From NCBI RefSeq assembly GCF_006345805.1, contig NC_042998.1, positions 60,512,001 to 60,576,000 on the forward strand: a DNA stretch of 64,000 nt, given 5' to 3'. The notes below the pieces were generated by a model. The model was given only the letters and a program-made list of their open reading frames with translations. It was not told where the DNA came from and made no database searches. The DNA is from Octopus sinensis (lineage: Eukaryota). This document shows, piece after piece, positions 51,068-62,989 of the stretch (position 1 is the stretch's first letter; each line of letters opens with the position of its first letter). A program made the position numbers and the translations under genes.

Positions 51068-51932
51068 GAGTTTGTATGTATGTGTGTGTATGTTCCTTAT
51101 GCATTCCAAAACCGAGCTGCCGTTTTTGACGTATAGGGTGTCAAAAGATTCAGTAAGTTTTTGGCTACCAACGAAACTATATTTCCATTCACTTATTTGC
51201 ATTACAAAAATTTAAGACTATCATTTTTCTTTCAGTCATCTATCGTAAGTGACGTCTTTTACCACCACCACCACAACGACGATGACGTCACATTTTCTAT
51301 ATGTGTTCGCGCATTCGTTACGTACGTTAGGCCTTTGACTGACAAGTATATGTGTGTGACGGTGTATGTGTTTGTCATACATTTTTGTGACGACTGACAC
51401 ACACACATCTAAAGACAGAGACAGACACACACAGAGACAGAAATAGGCTTCAGGTGTGCGTTAATGTACCTGTGTTTCTTAGTTTATATATGTAACTCCC
51501 CCCACACACGCACACACATACACACTAACAGTGAAACACGCTGATATTGAAAGTTTACTTGCGGCCTGGACTTCAAACAAACAAACAACGTTCACTTTCA
51601 AGTACTACCAGCATGAAGATTTGGCTGATTTAACACCACTCACAATACTTGCAAATATATCTGAAAAAAATGTTATTTTGGTTATTATAAAAAATAAGGA
51701 AACTTGGCGAAGCAGAAAGCCTCAGCGGCTCTTTCAATATAATTACAGAAATGTTATTCCACTCCTTCTAACCAGTTTCAAGATAATGTTTTTGTAACAG
51801 TCCTTGTATTCTTCATCACTGTGTGTATCGACTGTGTGTATATACTGTGGCTGTTTCTGACTGAGGGTCAAATTTCACACTTCAACTGCACAAATGAAAC
51901 AGGATATACGGGAATGATTTGTTTACTGCGTT
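50887..51932. repeat. ~95-bp inverted repeat pair (50887-50981 / 51840-51932)
   Basis: Reverse-complement match with several mismatches. The cacag|ta-type ends face inward. Confidence 0.75.
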
Positions 51933-52384
51933 AGTCAGTATTTAGTTTACAGCCTATAATGCTACACAGTTAAAAAACAACATCTTCCTTTTTATACACT
52001 TGGTTCAGCGTTCGTTTCAAAATTGTAAATTAAATTATTTTTGCATGAAAAACTGAATTATGCCTTTTGGATTTTCTTGGACTTTCACTTTCTTCACCGT
52101 GACATTCATTCAATCGTGAATTTTATAACATTTAGTACATGTTCCAAATAAATGTTGACTTTCTGTACTTTCTTACATTGGTGACGCATAGTAACTTTTG
52201 CTAAATTGGTGACTTTCCATTTTTTTATAGCATAATTATGCTACAGAAACTATGTTTTTCACCTATATTGACGACATTTCGTTTCGCTTGAACTTCGAGA
52301 GTGTACGTTTTGCTGATTTCAATATTATCAATTCTATGTGTGTGTGTGTTTCTGTGTTCGTTGCGTCTATAGTAAACTATAGTA

Positions 52385-52685
52385 AAGAACATTTTACGCT
52401 GTTTTAATGAGCCCACGTCTAATGAAGAACCCATCCTCATGGTTGGTTATTCCATTGAAAATAATGATATTCTCATTCGTATTCAAGATAACAAACTTAA
52501 ACGTGTTTTACAGAATGCTCCTTCTTATGATGATCTCCAGTATAATCTTATTCTGTGGAATGGTCAAGATGGGTGTTATTTCAATATTCCTCGGATTGAA
52601 CCAGCAACAGGATAACCAATTACAAACAAAAGGGTGTCGTCAAATGACTTCTATTCTAACCAACTGATGTTAAGACCAGAACAAT
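52385..52685 (+). mobile_element. Helitron Rep-domain relic
   Basis: PTSNEEPILMVG..NDILI..LKRV..SYDDLQYNLILWNGQDG..KRVSSNDFYSNQLMLRP, with one internal stop. Confidence 0.75.
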
Positions 52686-52690
52686 CGAAT

Positions 52691-52902
52691 CATTTCTACT
52701 ATAGGCACAAGGCCTGAAATTTAGGGGGAGGGGACCAACCGATTACATCGCCCCCAGTGTCTCACTGGTACTTAATTTATCGACCCCGAAAGGATGAAAG
52801 CAAAGTTGACTCCGGCGGCATTTGAACTCAGAACTTAAAGACAGGTGAAATACCGCTCAAGCATTTTCCCGGCATGCTAACGATACTACCAGCTCGCCGC
52901 CT
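52691..52902 (-). mobile_element. tRNA-derived SINE family 2
   Basis: Same family as 21965-22335. Confidence 0.75.
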
Positions 52903-53453
52903 TCCAGAACAATCAAATCAATTACACATGTCAAATAAACTTTATTTTCATTTACATATTTTCTACATTATCTCAATAACCAGCTATAGTTTTTCAAATA
53001 CACTTCTCTACAATGACCAGGTTTCATTACAAAATGAAAATAGTTTCACACTCTGAATTTACGAGAGTGACAATGTATGAATAATGAAAGTAATGTTTCT
53101 TCGAATTAGTTACATGTGTATTATAATAAAGAAAGCTGCTTATTATCTATCTACCAAATAAACTGTTTTTGACTGAACAACTATTTTTTACAACTGAAAT
53201 AACCTCGGCAACTAGGTTGGATCGCACAATTTTGAGGTAATTTTCGGACAATATTTTGATTTGCTTCTAATGTATCACTTTCGTCCATTGTTTCACACAT
53301 GCGTATAATTCTACTGAGACAAACATTTATGAACATGTACACATAAATAGTGTATTAAAATAAGCTACAACTAAAAAAATTGCACTAAAAGACATCCATT
53401 TTTCTGACATCCATTTTTCTGACATCCATTTTTCTGTTATGAAGAAACACAGC

Positions 53454-53486
<33 letters not shown>

Positions 53487-54800
53487 TTCTCTCCCTCCCT
53501 CTCTCTCTCTCTCACACACACACACGCACGCTCAAAAAGGATGTATGCATATGCATTTATGGGTGAAGGTCAAGAATACGTACTCTCGGTGTTTAGGGTT
53601 AGGGTTACACCGAAAACGAGTGGTGTGCGTATTCTTTACCTCCACCTATTTATGTACGTGTATATGAAAGATATTATGTGAGAGAGCAAAAGCGAGTGAG
53701 TGCCACTTGCACATACATGCAAAAAATTTCATACATCCCAACACACACTTTCACTCATTCTTTCTTTCTCTCTTACTCTCTTTCTCACACTCACACGTCC
53801 ATTTCATATACACGTACATCTTACACTTTCTCCTCTCTTTTACTTTCTCTTCACACTTCAAAGCAAATGTCACCTTTTCACTTTATCCTCTCTTCAAAGC
53901 ATATAGAAATTAAAACAATTTTACGGAAATTAACAAGCAATCATATGATCCCATATATGACGAGCTGACAACTTTGCTTCTTCAAATGAAAGAATGCCAT
54001 AAAATAACTTCCTTTGACACATACACATGCATACACACACTCTAGGTAAATCTTCTGTGCGAACTATGTTAATTCTTACAGTGTGCAAAAACTTACAGCT
54101 CAAACCCAATTGAAATGATTTTTTTCTATTGTTTAATTTGTGTTAGTGATGGACGTATTTAAAAGCCTGATCTTCGATATAAACTTGAAAGGAAGTTTTC
54201 CCAGAAATCCTGACTTTTACCCCTTCTTTCTAGCATGTTCGATATGACATCCCCCCACCCCATGTTTTTCTTAAATTTCTTTCGATTCCTATGTTTGCGA
54301 TACAGGAGATTACGATTTCACCCACAAAACACGTTCTCAATGTTTTGATTTTTCTCCCTCTCCACACCAAATTAATTTTTTACTTTTTTCAAATTTTTAT
54401 TTTTGGTAATCCATAGAGAAAAAACAGAGAGTGCGTATCTTTAAGAATTTTACCTATCACCTCATCACTTTCAAAAAGCTACACACTCCAAATGTTTCAC
54501 TTTTAGATGTTTGGAAAGCAGTGACGTTTCTACAGAAATAATGTCGTTTACCTGTTGTTTCTAGCATCTCAGGTTTTCTGGTGGTGGTTTAGTATTTTTT
54601 TAGTCTACTATTTCAGTAGAATTCTACGCATGCGGGAAAATCAGACAAAAGTGAAAGACTGGGAGATTTTAGCTTTTTGAAAGCCTGGTAGGTAATGGGT
54701 GGGCGAGGTGGGGGAAGTGGCATTGAGTGTTTCTTTAAAAAAAATTAAACTATATATATATACGCAAGAGCATGTCCAAAAATTAAACTATATATATATA

Positions 54801-56047
54801 CGCAAGAGCATGTCCCAAAGTTCTTATCTCGACGTAAAATTAACGAAACGAATGTCATTTATCTTCCCCTTGATCCCTGATGTCATCTGACAAACGCCAA
54901 CCAAGATGGCAAGAATCAGCCAAGCTTTACAGGCTAGAAATAGCAGCCCAAATGCTTTTAAATCAGCTCCCTATGCTGGACGTTCGAGAGCCAAATAAAA
55001 AGTAGATTTTCAACCCTGGGGTCATTCTGATTCAAAAAAGTTATAATATGTCTATGTGGAGCAAATGTAGACTGAGATATATATATATATATATTTCCCT
55101 GATTCGTAATCTCTGTATTTTTCTACGTAGATAACAAAAAATTTGAAAAAAGTTACAAATTAAGAAATTGCGAAATTAAAATTTTGAAAACGTAATTTCT
55201 GAACGAAATCGTATTAACCCTCTGTTATACGATGAAAAAAAACATATATTCTGATCCTTCTTAAGAACAGAAAGCACTTTCATGCAAACCTATGCAAATT
55301 GTACGCTCACCCCTCTCTATAACCAGCAGTATATCTGCCGCCCAACAATGGAATGCAAATAAAACCAATACAGAGTAAAAATCCATCTATGAAATCTTAA
55401 ATATTACCTTCGTGATTTTATAGGTCTACTCGATCAAAATTGACACAAAGTTATGCAATAACTTTCCTCGGGGGACACTAATCACCGGTAACTTTGTAAC
55501 AAAGAATTTTTCTCTCTTATTCTCCAGGTAGACTTTGGTGCTGTTTATCTGACATTATTTAGTTCAAATGTACAACATAACGTTATCTAATAGATATACA
55601 AATTCGGTGGATACGAAGTAAAAAAGATATGTAAATAGATAAGTCGGTAGCTATAGAAAACGTTAAGTAGGCTGATATATAATGAGGTAGATATGCGTTT
55701 GATCACATACTCAAAACGCTTTGCTTCTATATTAATAAAAGCGAAAGTCTGTCTGTCTTGGACCCCCGTATCTCAGTCTACATTTGCTCCACATAGACAT
55801 ATTATAACTTTTTTGAATCAGAATGACCCCAGGGTTGAAAATCTACTTTTTATTTGGCTCTCGAACGTCCAGCATAGGGAGCTGATTTAAAAGCATTTGG
55901 GCTGCTATTTCTAGCCTGTAAAGCTTGGCTGATTCTTGCCATCTTGGTTGGCGTTTGTCAGATGACATCAGGGATCAAGGGGAAGATAAATGACATTCGT
56001 TTCGTTAATTTTACGTCGAGATAAGAACTTTGGGACATGCTCTTGCG
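54801..56047. repeat. 279-bp apparently perfect inverted duplication (54801-55079 / 55769-56047)
   Basis: I saw no mismatch on reading the reverse complement. The right arm lies inside a Helitron-like 5' end (TCTATATTAATAAAAG at 55726). Confidence 0.88.
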
Positions 56048-56237
56048 TGCGACTTAAGGCCACCTTAAATGCTTGTCCGCTTTATTTCTTTAGATTCCAT
56101 TTATTGTGCAGTGGATACGATTCAAAGTTTTCAAAGATATTCATTCAGTAACCGTTGGTTTCTAACTTAGATCCAAGGCTCCTTCATTGGGATTTCAACA
56201 TCAACAGGGTATTTTTGTACGTATGTATGTATGTATG

Positions 56238-56271
<34 letters not shown>

Positions 56272-56349
56272 TGTATGTATGTATGTATGTATGTAGGTAT
56301 GCAGATTTGTGTGTTTTGTTTTATGTATATATTCTCATGCATATAGTTG

Positions 56350-56935
56350 CATGTCTAGACATGCTTATATATACTTAAATGATAAACTTCAGGAAAGTTT
56401 TGCAGATTGTTGCAGTTCCAGTGATGGCATGGATCCATAGTCTTCGAATCAGCTGTATGTATGCATGTGAGTCAGTGTGTTTGTAGTGGATGGAAGTATT
56501 GAGAGCGGAGTAGTGTATGCTGACACAAATGTCGAGAAATTCAACGGAATAGTTAGAGATAGTGCAGGAGAATTCGAGGGCAGGATGGGAAGATTGGACA
56601 AGGGCGAGGAAGGAGTCCAGTTGTCCGCGGTAAAGTTTGTATATGATGATTCCACACAACGAAAAACTTGCGCTTATATACTTCCTTGATCTTCGGCCTG
56701 ACCCTAACCCTGGCACCTCCACACTTCGTCTGGTTGAACTTGTCCTCTCCTTCAACTGCCTCTTGTTCGCGAGGGAGTTTTACCAATATGTTTCGAGTGT
56801 GGTCATGGGAACGAGAATGGTGCCCCTCCTATGCGAACTTGTTTGTTGGCTATGTTGAAGACAAACATATTCTTACAATTCACTGGTCCCACTCCCGAAC
56901 TATATGGTCGTTATATCAATGATTGTATCGGCGAG
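56350..56935. mobile_element. Penelope-like RT relic (family 2) with an internal inversion
   Basis: On +, 56640-56935 reads LVELVLSFN..MGTRM..YANLFVGYVE..PELYGRYINDCIG. On minus, 56630 down to 56450 reads RGQLDSFLALV..HPALEF..VEFLDI..HYKHTDSH, the segment that normally follows. Confidence 0.75.
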
Positions 56936-56956
56936 ATTGATATAACGACCATATAG

Positions 56957-58830
56957 CACAGATGCCTCTTGCCTTGCTGTATGGGATGTTTCTTTTGATG
57001 TGTGATGGATGGCAAGAGTAGAAATTTAAATATGGGTGTGTGTCAGCTTCTTGGGTTTTTTTTTTTTTTTTGTTAAATATGTCTGTTGTGACTGTGGAGT
57101 TCTGTATTTTTATGTGGATATCCAGAAAAGGTAATTCATTGCAACTGGATTCTGTCGTAAATTTGATGGATGGGTTAAGTGCGTTCAGTACATTGTTAAA
57201 TATACTTGGATCTTCATTCGATCTGTTCCAGAAGATGAAGCAATCATCAAGGAAGCGTTTCCACTTTTTAATAATATATTTCATGTACTCCTGATCAAAA
57301 GTTTTTTCTACTTCCTCATAAAGTTTTTCTTCCAAGTATCCCATAACTAAGTTTGCATATGAGGGTGCAAACTGCGTACCCATAGCCGTGCCCTTTAACT
57401 GTCGATATGCTTTATTGTCGAATCTAAAGGTATTTTCTTCTAGTACAAGGCATGTGGCCTAGGTGATGAAGTCAATCTTGAAGCGTTTACTTATCCGTCC
57501 TCTATGTTTCTCTACCCAGTGTTTGATTGCTTCTAGGCCTAAAGTTTGAGGTATATTAGTATAGAGATTGGTGACATCAAAACTTGTGAGTATAGTAGCT
57601 TCTTCGATAGTGGGAGGGACGAGTTGGATGAAATCTATGCCATCCCGTACATAACTGGGTATTAAAGGGCACAAAGGTTTTAGGAGTATATCTAAAAAAT
57701 GACTTAGTTGTTGCGTTGGTGCTCGAAGTCCCACAACTATTTGTTGCATATATAGTCTTTCTCCTTGTCTGTGAAGGAATCTTGGAATTCATTGATAAGT
57801 CTTCTGATTTTATTCATTATTGTTTTTTCTGGGTGTCTTGGTTCTTCCTTGCAGTAGATTTGGTTTGTTAACATTTCCAATAGTTTATCTTTATAACAGT
57901 CTTTGTCCATGATTACTATCACCCCTCCCTTATCCGCTTCTTTTAGGATGACTGAGTTGTCATTCTTCAGTGTTTGTAAGGCTTCCTTTTCTTCTTTGCG
58001 AAAATTTTGTTTGCATCTATGGGATTTAAGGAAAATTTTGAAATCGTGTCTATATACGCGTCCAAATATTTGTCCTTCCCCTTGTAGGGGGTGAAGCGGG
58101 ATTTATTTCTGACTAATGATTCATCATTTAAATCCTTACTGTTCAAGAATTCTATAAGTCGGAGGTGGCGGTTGAAGTGATCAATATCAGATTTCAGTTC
58201 AATGAGATTAGGGGTGGGTGACGGGGTAAACTTGAAACCTTTTAACAAGAGGTTCATCTCATTCTTGTTGAGGTTCCTATTTCCCAAATTTATAATCTTC
58301 GGGTCTACATGTTCTGTGTTTATTTAAATTTTGTGTTTTATCGGGTCCGATGACTGATTTTGGTATTTTCTTCCTAAAAAAGGAATTGTTTTACCGTGTC
58401 TCCATTTTCTGATTTCGTTGTTCTGGTTTCCATGTAGACGGGAGGATGGTTCGTGCCTTTTATACGAATTCCGTTGGTTATAAGTTTTGTTTTCTTCCCA
58501 TCTTCCATGATTTTTTCGCCATTCAGGATATATGAGATTTTTGGTCGTAAATCGTGGGTTGCTTGAGTTATCATGATGATTATTATTCTTATTATAATAC
58601 CTGTGCTGTATGTATTTTATTTGTCTCTCTTCCCATGTATTCATTCATCTAGAGTATATGTTGATGGTTGTCTGTATGTTATTTGTTTTTCATGTTTTTT
58701 TTCCTTTGTATTTATCTGTCTATAGTGTTTGAAATTATGGGTTGATGGTTGTCTTCTATATTTCATGTGTTGGCTATTTGCAGTGTTGTGTATTGTAGAA
58801 TATGAATATGGATTGTTTTTAGTCTGTACT
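56957..58830 (-). mobile_element. Penelope-like element (family 1), decayed RT ORF, 3'-truncated before GIY-YIG
   Basis: LLKGFKFTP, DKGGVIVIMDK, SFDVTNLYTNIP, GTAMGTQFAPSYANL, KRFLDDCF and LPFLDI across frameshifts. Confidence 0.88.
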
Positions 58831-58926
58831 TGGGATATATATATGTGTGTGTGTGTGTGTGTATGTGTATGTATATATATATATGTGTGTGTATATATAT
58901 ATATATGTATATATATATATGTATAT

Positions 58927-59004
<78 letters not shown>

Positions 59005-59442
59005 ATATATATATATATTTATACATATATATATATATACATATATACATACATACATACATACATACACATACATACATACATACATACATACATACAT
59101 ACATACATCTTTTATTTGTTTCAGTCGTTTGACTACGGATATGCCGGGGTACCACCATGAAGGGTTTTGGTCGAAGAAATCAACACCAGAACTTATTTTT
59201 TAAGCTTGGTACTTATTCTATCGGTGTCTTTGCCGAACCACTAAGTTACGGGAAGAAACACAACACCAGTTGTCGGGCAGTAGTGGTTGACAAACTGTCT
59301 GGGCGCACGCCGTATCTGCTCTCAGTTAAGTTCCACTTAACGGCTAACCACTTCGATCAGTATTTAACGTCTGTGACTACAATTTGTTGTAAGTCACTCC
59401 ATTAATTCTTCCAATAAAGATTTTCTGGAGTAGATATTATTA

Positions 59443-59899
59443 TCTCTCTATATATAAACGGCAGTTTGTCTGTCTGTGTGTCTGTCAGGTTGTACCCTCA
59501 CCCTGACCACGGCTTTCAACCGATTCTAATGAAACTTGACACACACATAGCCCAATGTCATAATTCAAAACTAACGCAGCGAAAATTTTGAAAAGTTCCC
59601 CCAGTTCTGAAAAAATTGATAAATTCGACATGGGGTCGAGAATCTAAGCTTTTTATATGCAACACATTTTCTGGGCTGTACGTGGGCTGTTCACGCGTTG
59701 GGAGGCACAATGATGTTTTCATGTTTTCGCCCAAAGGGACAGCTAGGAACATTGTATACACAGAAGTATTCGAGTGAAGAGAAGACATTGCAACCTACAC
59801 ATGCGCCTTCGTTCCCTAGAGGGAAAGGACTAGATTGGGATTAGTCGTTGCCTACTAGGGGCTCTTACATACCCGGGCAACGTCGGGCTATGCTGCTAG
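59443..59899 (+). mobile_element. Non-autonomous Helitron with a remnant of the helicase C-terminus
   Basis: 5' TC..TATATAAA start, 3' hairpin CCCG-GGCAACGT-CGGG then CTAG|T, and a remnant RNIVYTEVFE* near 59745-59778. Confidence 0.8.
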
Positions 59900-60444
59900 T
59901 TGATAATAAAGAGCATGGAGATTCGTACATCCACAAAATTTATTTTACAATCTTATACAGCATATTATAAGACCTACACGTGATTCTGCAGCAGCGACTA
60001 CTTACTGTTGCAAATGCAACTTTGCATTATTGTCGGTGCAGCTTAATCAGGATCCGTCCATTTGGTTATCCTCGAAGTGAACTGACTGAAGTAAATTTTT
60101 GTTAGTTATTGTCCTGTGGAAGGTTGGGCGGGGCGTGTTATTTATAGGCATGTGTTGTGGGCCTCAAATTCACACCAGTGCCGTTCGAAGTAAGAACTTG
60201 TTCTAAAATAAATCACGGGTCAAGTTTATTGTTTTTGCAAGGCTTTTTGTTCATTTTAATGTGTGTGCTTTATTTTTGATTTCGTGTGTAGTACTTGCAA
60301 TGAGTAAGCAGGGGATGATCCAGGATTGGGGGGAGGGGTTATTGCTCAAGAGTTTCGAAAAAATACAATATAAGGTGGGAATCGCAATTCGTAGCAAATA
60401 GATGCGTTTTTATGTATTTTAATTTCGTTGTAGCAGACCTTATG

Positions 60445-61570
60445 CGACAAGTCCCTCAGACAAAAACCCCATAGTTGAAGTGTGAAAGTGGACAAAAACC
60501 CCATAGTTAAAGTGTGAAAGTGGACAAAACCCCCATAGTTGATGTGTGAAAGTGGACAAAAACCCCATAGTTGAAGTGTGAAAGTGGACAAAAACCCCAT
60601 ATTGAAAGTGTGAAAGTGGACAAAAACCCCATAGTTAAAGTGTGAAAGTGGACAAAAACCCCATAGTTGAAGTATGAAAGTGAACAAAAGCCCCATAGTT
60701 AAAGTGTGAATGTGAACGGAAGCCCCTCGGACAAAAGCCCCACGGTTATATTTTCCGGTTAATTTTTTTTTTTCACCTTTTACTAGTTGCAGTTATTAGA
60801 CTGCGGCCATGCTGGGGCATCACCTTGTAGAACTTTTAGTCGAACGTATCGACGCCAGAATTTATTTTCTTTTTACTAGTTGCATTTAGTAGACTGCGGT
60901 CATGCTGGGGCACCGCCTTGAAGAACTTTTAGTCGCAGAAAAATCAGCATTTTAAGATTTAAATTTACAGTCTTTTGTTTCCTTCTCTCAGCACTTACAG
61001 ATTAATGAGAATGAGCTGACCTTTCCAACTTTTTCCGGCCGTTGAAAGTCTAACAGAATTATGGCGCCGAAGGCTAGTCATTCAAACGTACTTCTTATCG
61101 TTTTTATGTTTCTACGCATTTCTTGAAGTAAATGCTTTCCGTTCTGTTGAAATTCAGACAATATGTACATTGAGTAGTAAAGAGTCTTGTGTTCTGTTAT
61201 TCTATTCTACTTATTTATTTTCGATTGAATATATTTTATTTACTTAAAAATTGGAATTTTGGAAAATAAAATTTTTTTTTTTTTTTTACAACTGCGATTT
61301 CTGTTTTTGCTTACATAAAATTATAACAAACACATTTTTAAAAGATTTGGCTGTTATTCTAGCATGTGGGAGAGACCTTCTACGCTTCACTTCATGGGCT
61401 GGTTGAAAAAAGTTCTGGGGCTGATACATTCGACTAAAAATTCTTCAAGGTGGTACTCCAGCATGGCCACAGTCTAATGACTGCAATAAGTAAAAAAACA
61501 ACTAACCGAAAAATATAACCGTGGGGCTTTGTCTGAGGGGCTTTGTCCGAGGGTCTTTTGTCCGGATCCC
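60445..61570. mobile_element. Foldback/MITE-like element with a 32-bp subterminal minisatellite and SINE-derived sequence in both arms
   Basis: The unit caaaaaccccatagttgaagtgtgaaagtgga repeats about 8 times (60461-60720). ggacaaaagccccacggttatattttccggtt is inverted at ~61503-61535. The right arm is also present at ~40770-41045. Confidence 0.65.
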
Positions 61571-61874
61571 GTCCATATGCATATGAAACAGTAAGTAATG
61601 TTGTGCCGTGAGTATTGATTTACCTATGGAAAGTAATAACAAACTACATTTGTGTATCATAACTTAATAAGATGGTCAGTTCCTTTTTTTTTTTTTTTTC
61701 TTGTATCGGCTCGGCTAGAAATGGTGTTGCCCTAGCTGCCCGGACTACACCCCTGCTGCATCCGCCACTCAGTAGTTGCCGCAGCGGAAACGCGTGTAGG
61801 TCATTATAAAATGCAGTATATAACTATAAAATAATTTTTTTAGATGTACAACTCTCCATACTCTTTATCATTAA

Positions 61875-61934
<60 letters not shown>

Positions 61935-61943
61935 TGTATGTAG

Positions 61944-62057
61944 GCTCGAAACGTAAAAGACTTGTTCTATTTCTATTCCTGAGCGCCATACTAATACATT
62001 TGTTTGTTTGTACTCCACCTGCCTTCGTCTTTTGTTTATTTTCGTAAACCTTCCCGT
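61944..62057 (+). mobile_element. 5'-truncated copy of the minimal-HHR repeat (3' half of the ribozyme only)
   Basis: gctcGAAACGTAaaag with a tail related to the copies at 35380-35500 and 62855-63000. Confidence 0.55.
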
Positions 62058-62065
62058 TATATATA

Positions 62066-62101
<36 letters not shown>

Positions 62102-62525
62102 TGTATGTATGTATGTATGTATGTATGTATATGTATGTATGTATGTATATGTATATATGTGTGTATATATATATATATAAACTTACTTGGAGAAAAGAAA
62201 AGAAACGAAACGACGCGAGGGCGCTCAGTCATACAATAATTTAATAAATAAAATATATGCATACATACATACATATATGTACGTACCTACATCTACATGT
62301 ATATATACATGTATATATATAGGCTTAAAAAAAAGGCCCTTAATGTTGGCTTCCTTGTCCTGTTTTTATTCTTTATGTGTACTGTATATTTTTATATTTG
62401 CATTTGTATTTTTATTTGTATTGCTTTTACGTCCTGTTCTTGTCACATTTTTTCTTTCCTTGTTTTTACCCCTCTGCAAGGGAATTTTATTTAATTCTTT
62501 TGCAGGAAGGATTATTTCGACGGGT

Positions 62526-62587
62526 CGTGTTCTGTCCTTACCTTCGAAACACGCATGGAGTCGAACCAGGGACAGCTGATGAAGGGG
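62526..62587 (+). ncRNA. Candidate hammerhead ribozyme with non-canonical (crossed) strand order
   Basis: CGTGT-T-CTGTCCTT / CCTTC-GAAA-CACG / AGGGACAG-CTGATGA-A-GGGG; see findings. Confidence 0.55.
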
Positions 62588-62709
62588 AATATTCCTTGTA
62601 TTGTTTGTCTTGTACTCTGTTTTTTCGTTGTTAAAAAAAGGCCGTTTCCATGTTTGTTTTTATGTTTTCGTTTCTCGTTGAGTTCTACGTCTATTTGTGG
62701 TGTCCTGTA

Positions 62710-62743
<34 letters not shown>

Positions 62744-62954
62744 TGTATATATACATGTAGATGTAGGTACGTACATATATGTATGTATTTATGCATATAT
62801 TTTATTTATTAAATTATTATATATATATATATATAATATATATATATATATATAATCCCAAAAAAGAACGAATAAAAAACACAAGAAAAAAAACTACGCG
62901 AGGACGTGGTACAAGCAAAGTATTAACAGACGCTCAGGAAAGGAAAGAAAGTTA

Positions 62955-62989
62955 GTTTTACGTTTCGAGCAAATTTCTTCTTCAGAAAC
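62955..62989 (-). ncRNA. Minimal type I hammerhead with damaged stem II
   Basis: The minus strand reads GTTT-CTGAAGA-agaaatttgctc-GAAA-CG-TA-AAAC. Confidence 0.5.

Noticed and set aside
60461-60720. 32-bp repeats resembling a CRISPR array
   Set aside because: The units are contiguous with no spacers, in a eukaryotic context.
62546-62597. Reading the 62.5-kb motif as a canonical type II or type I hammerhead
   Set aside because: For type II, the bases after GTC (62560-62) do not pair with ACAG. For type I, no GAAA follows the downstream hairpin.
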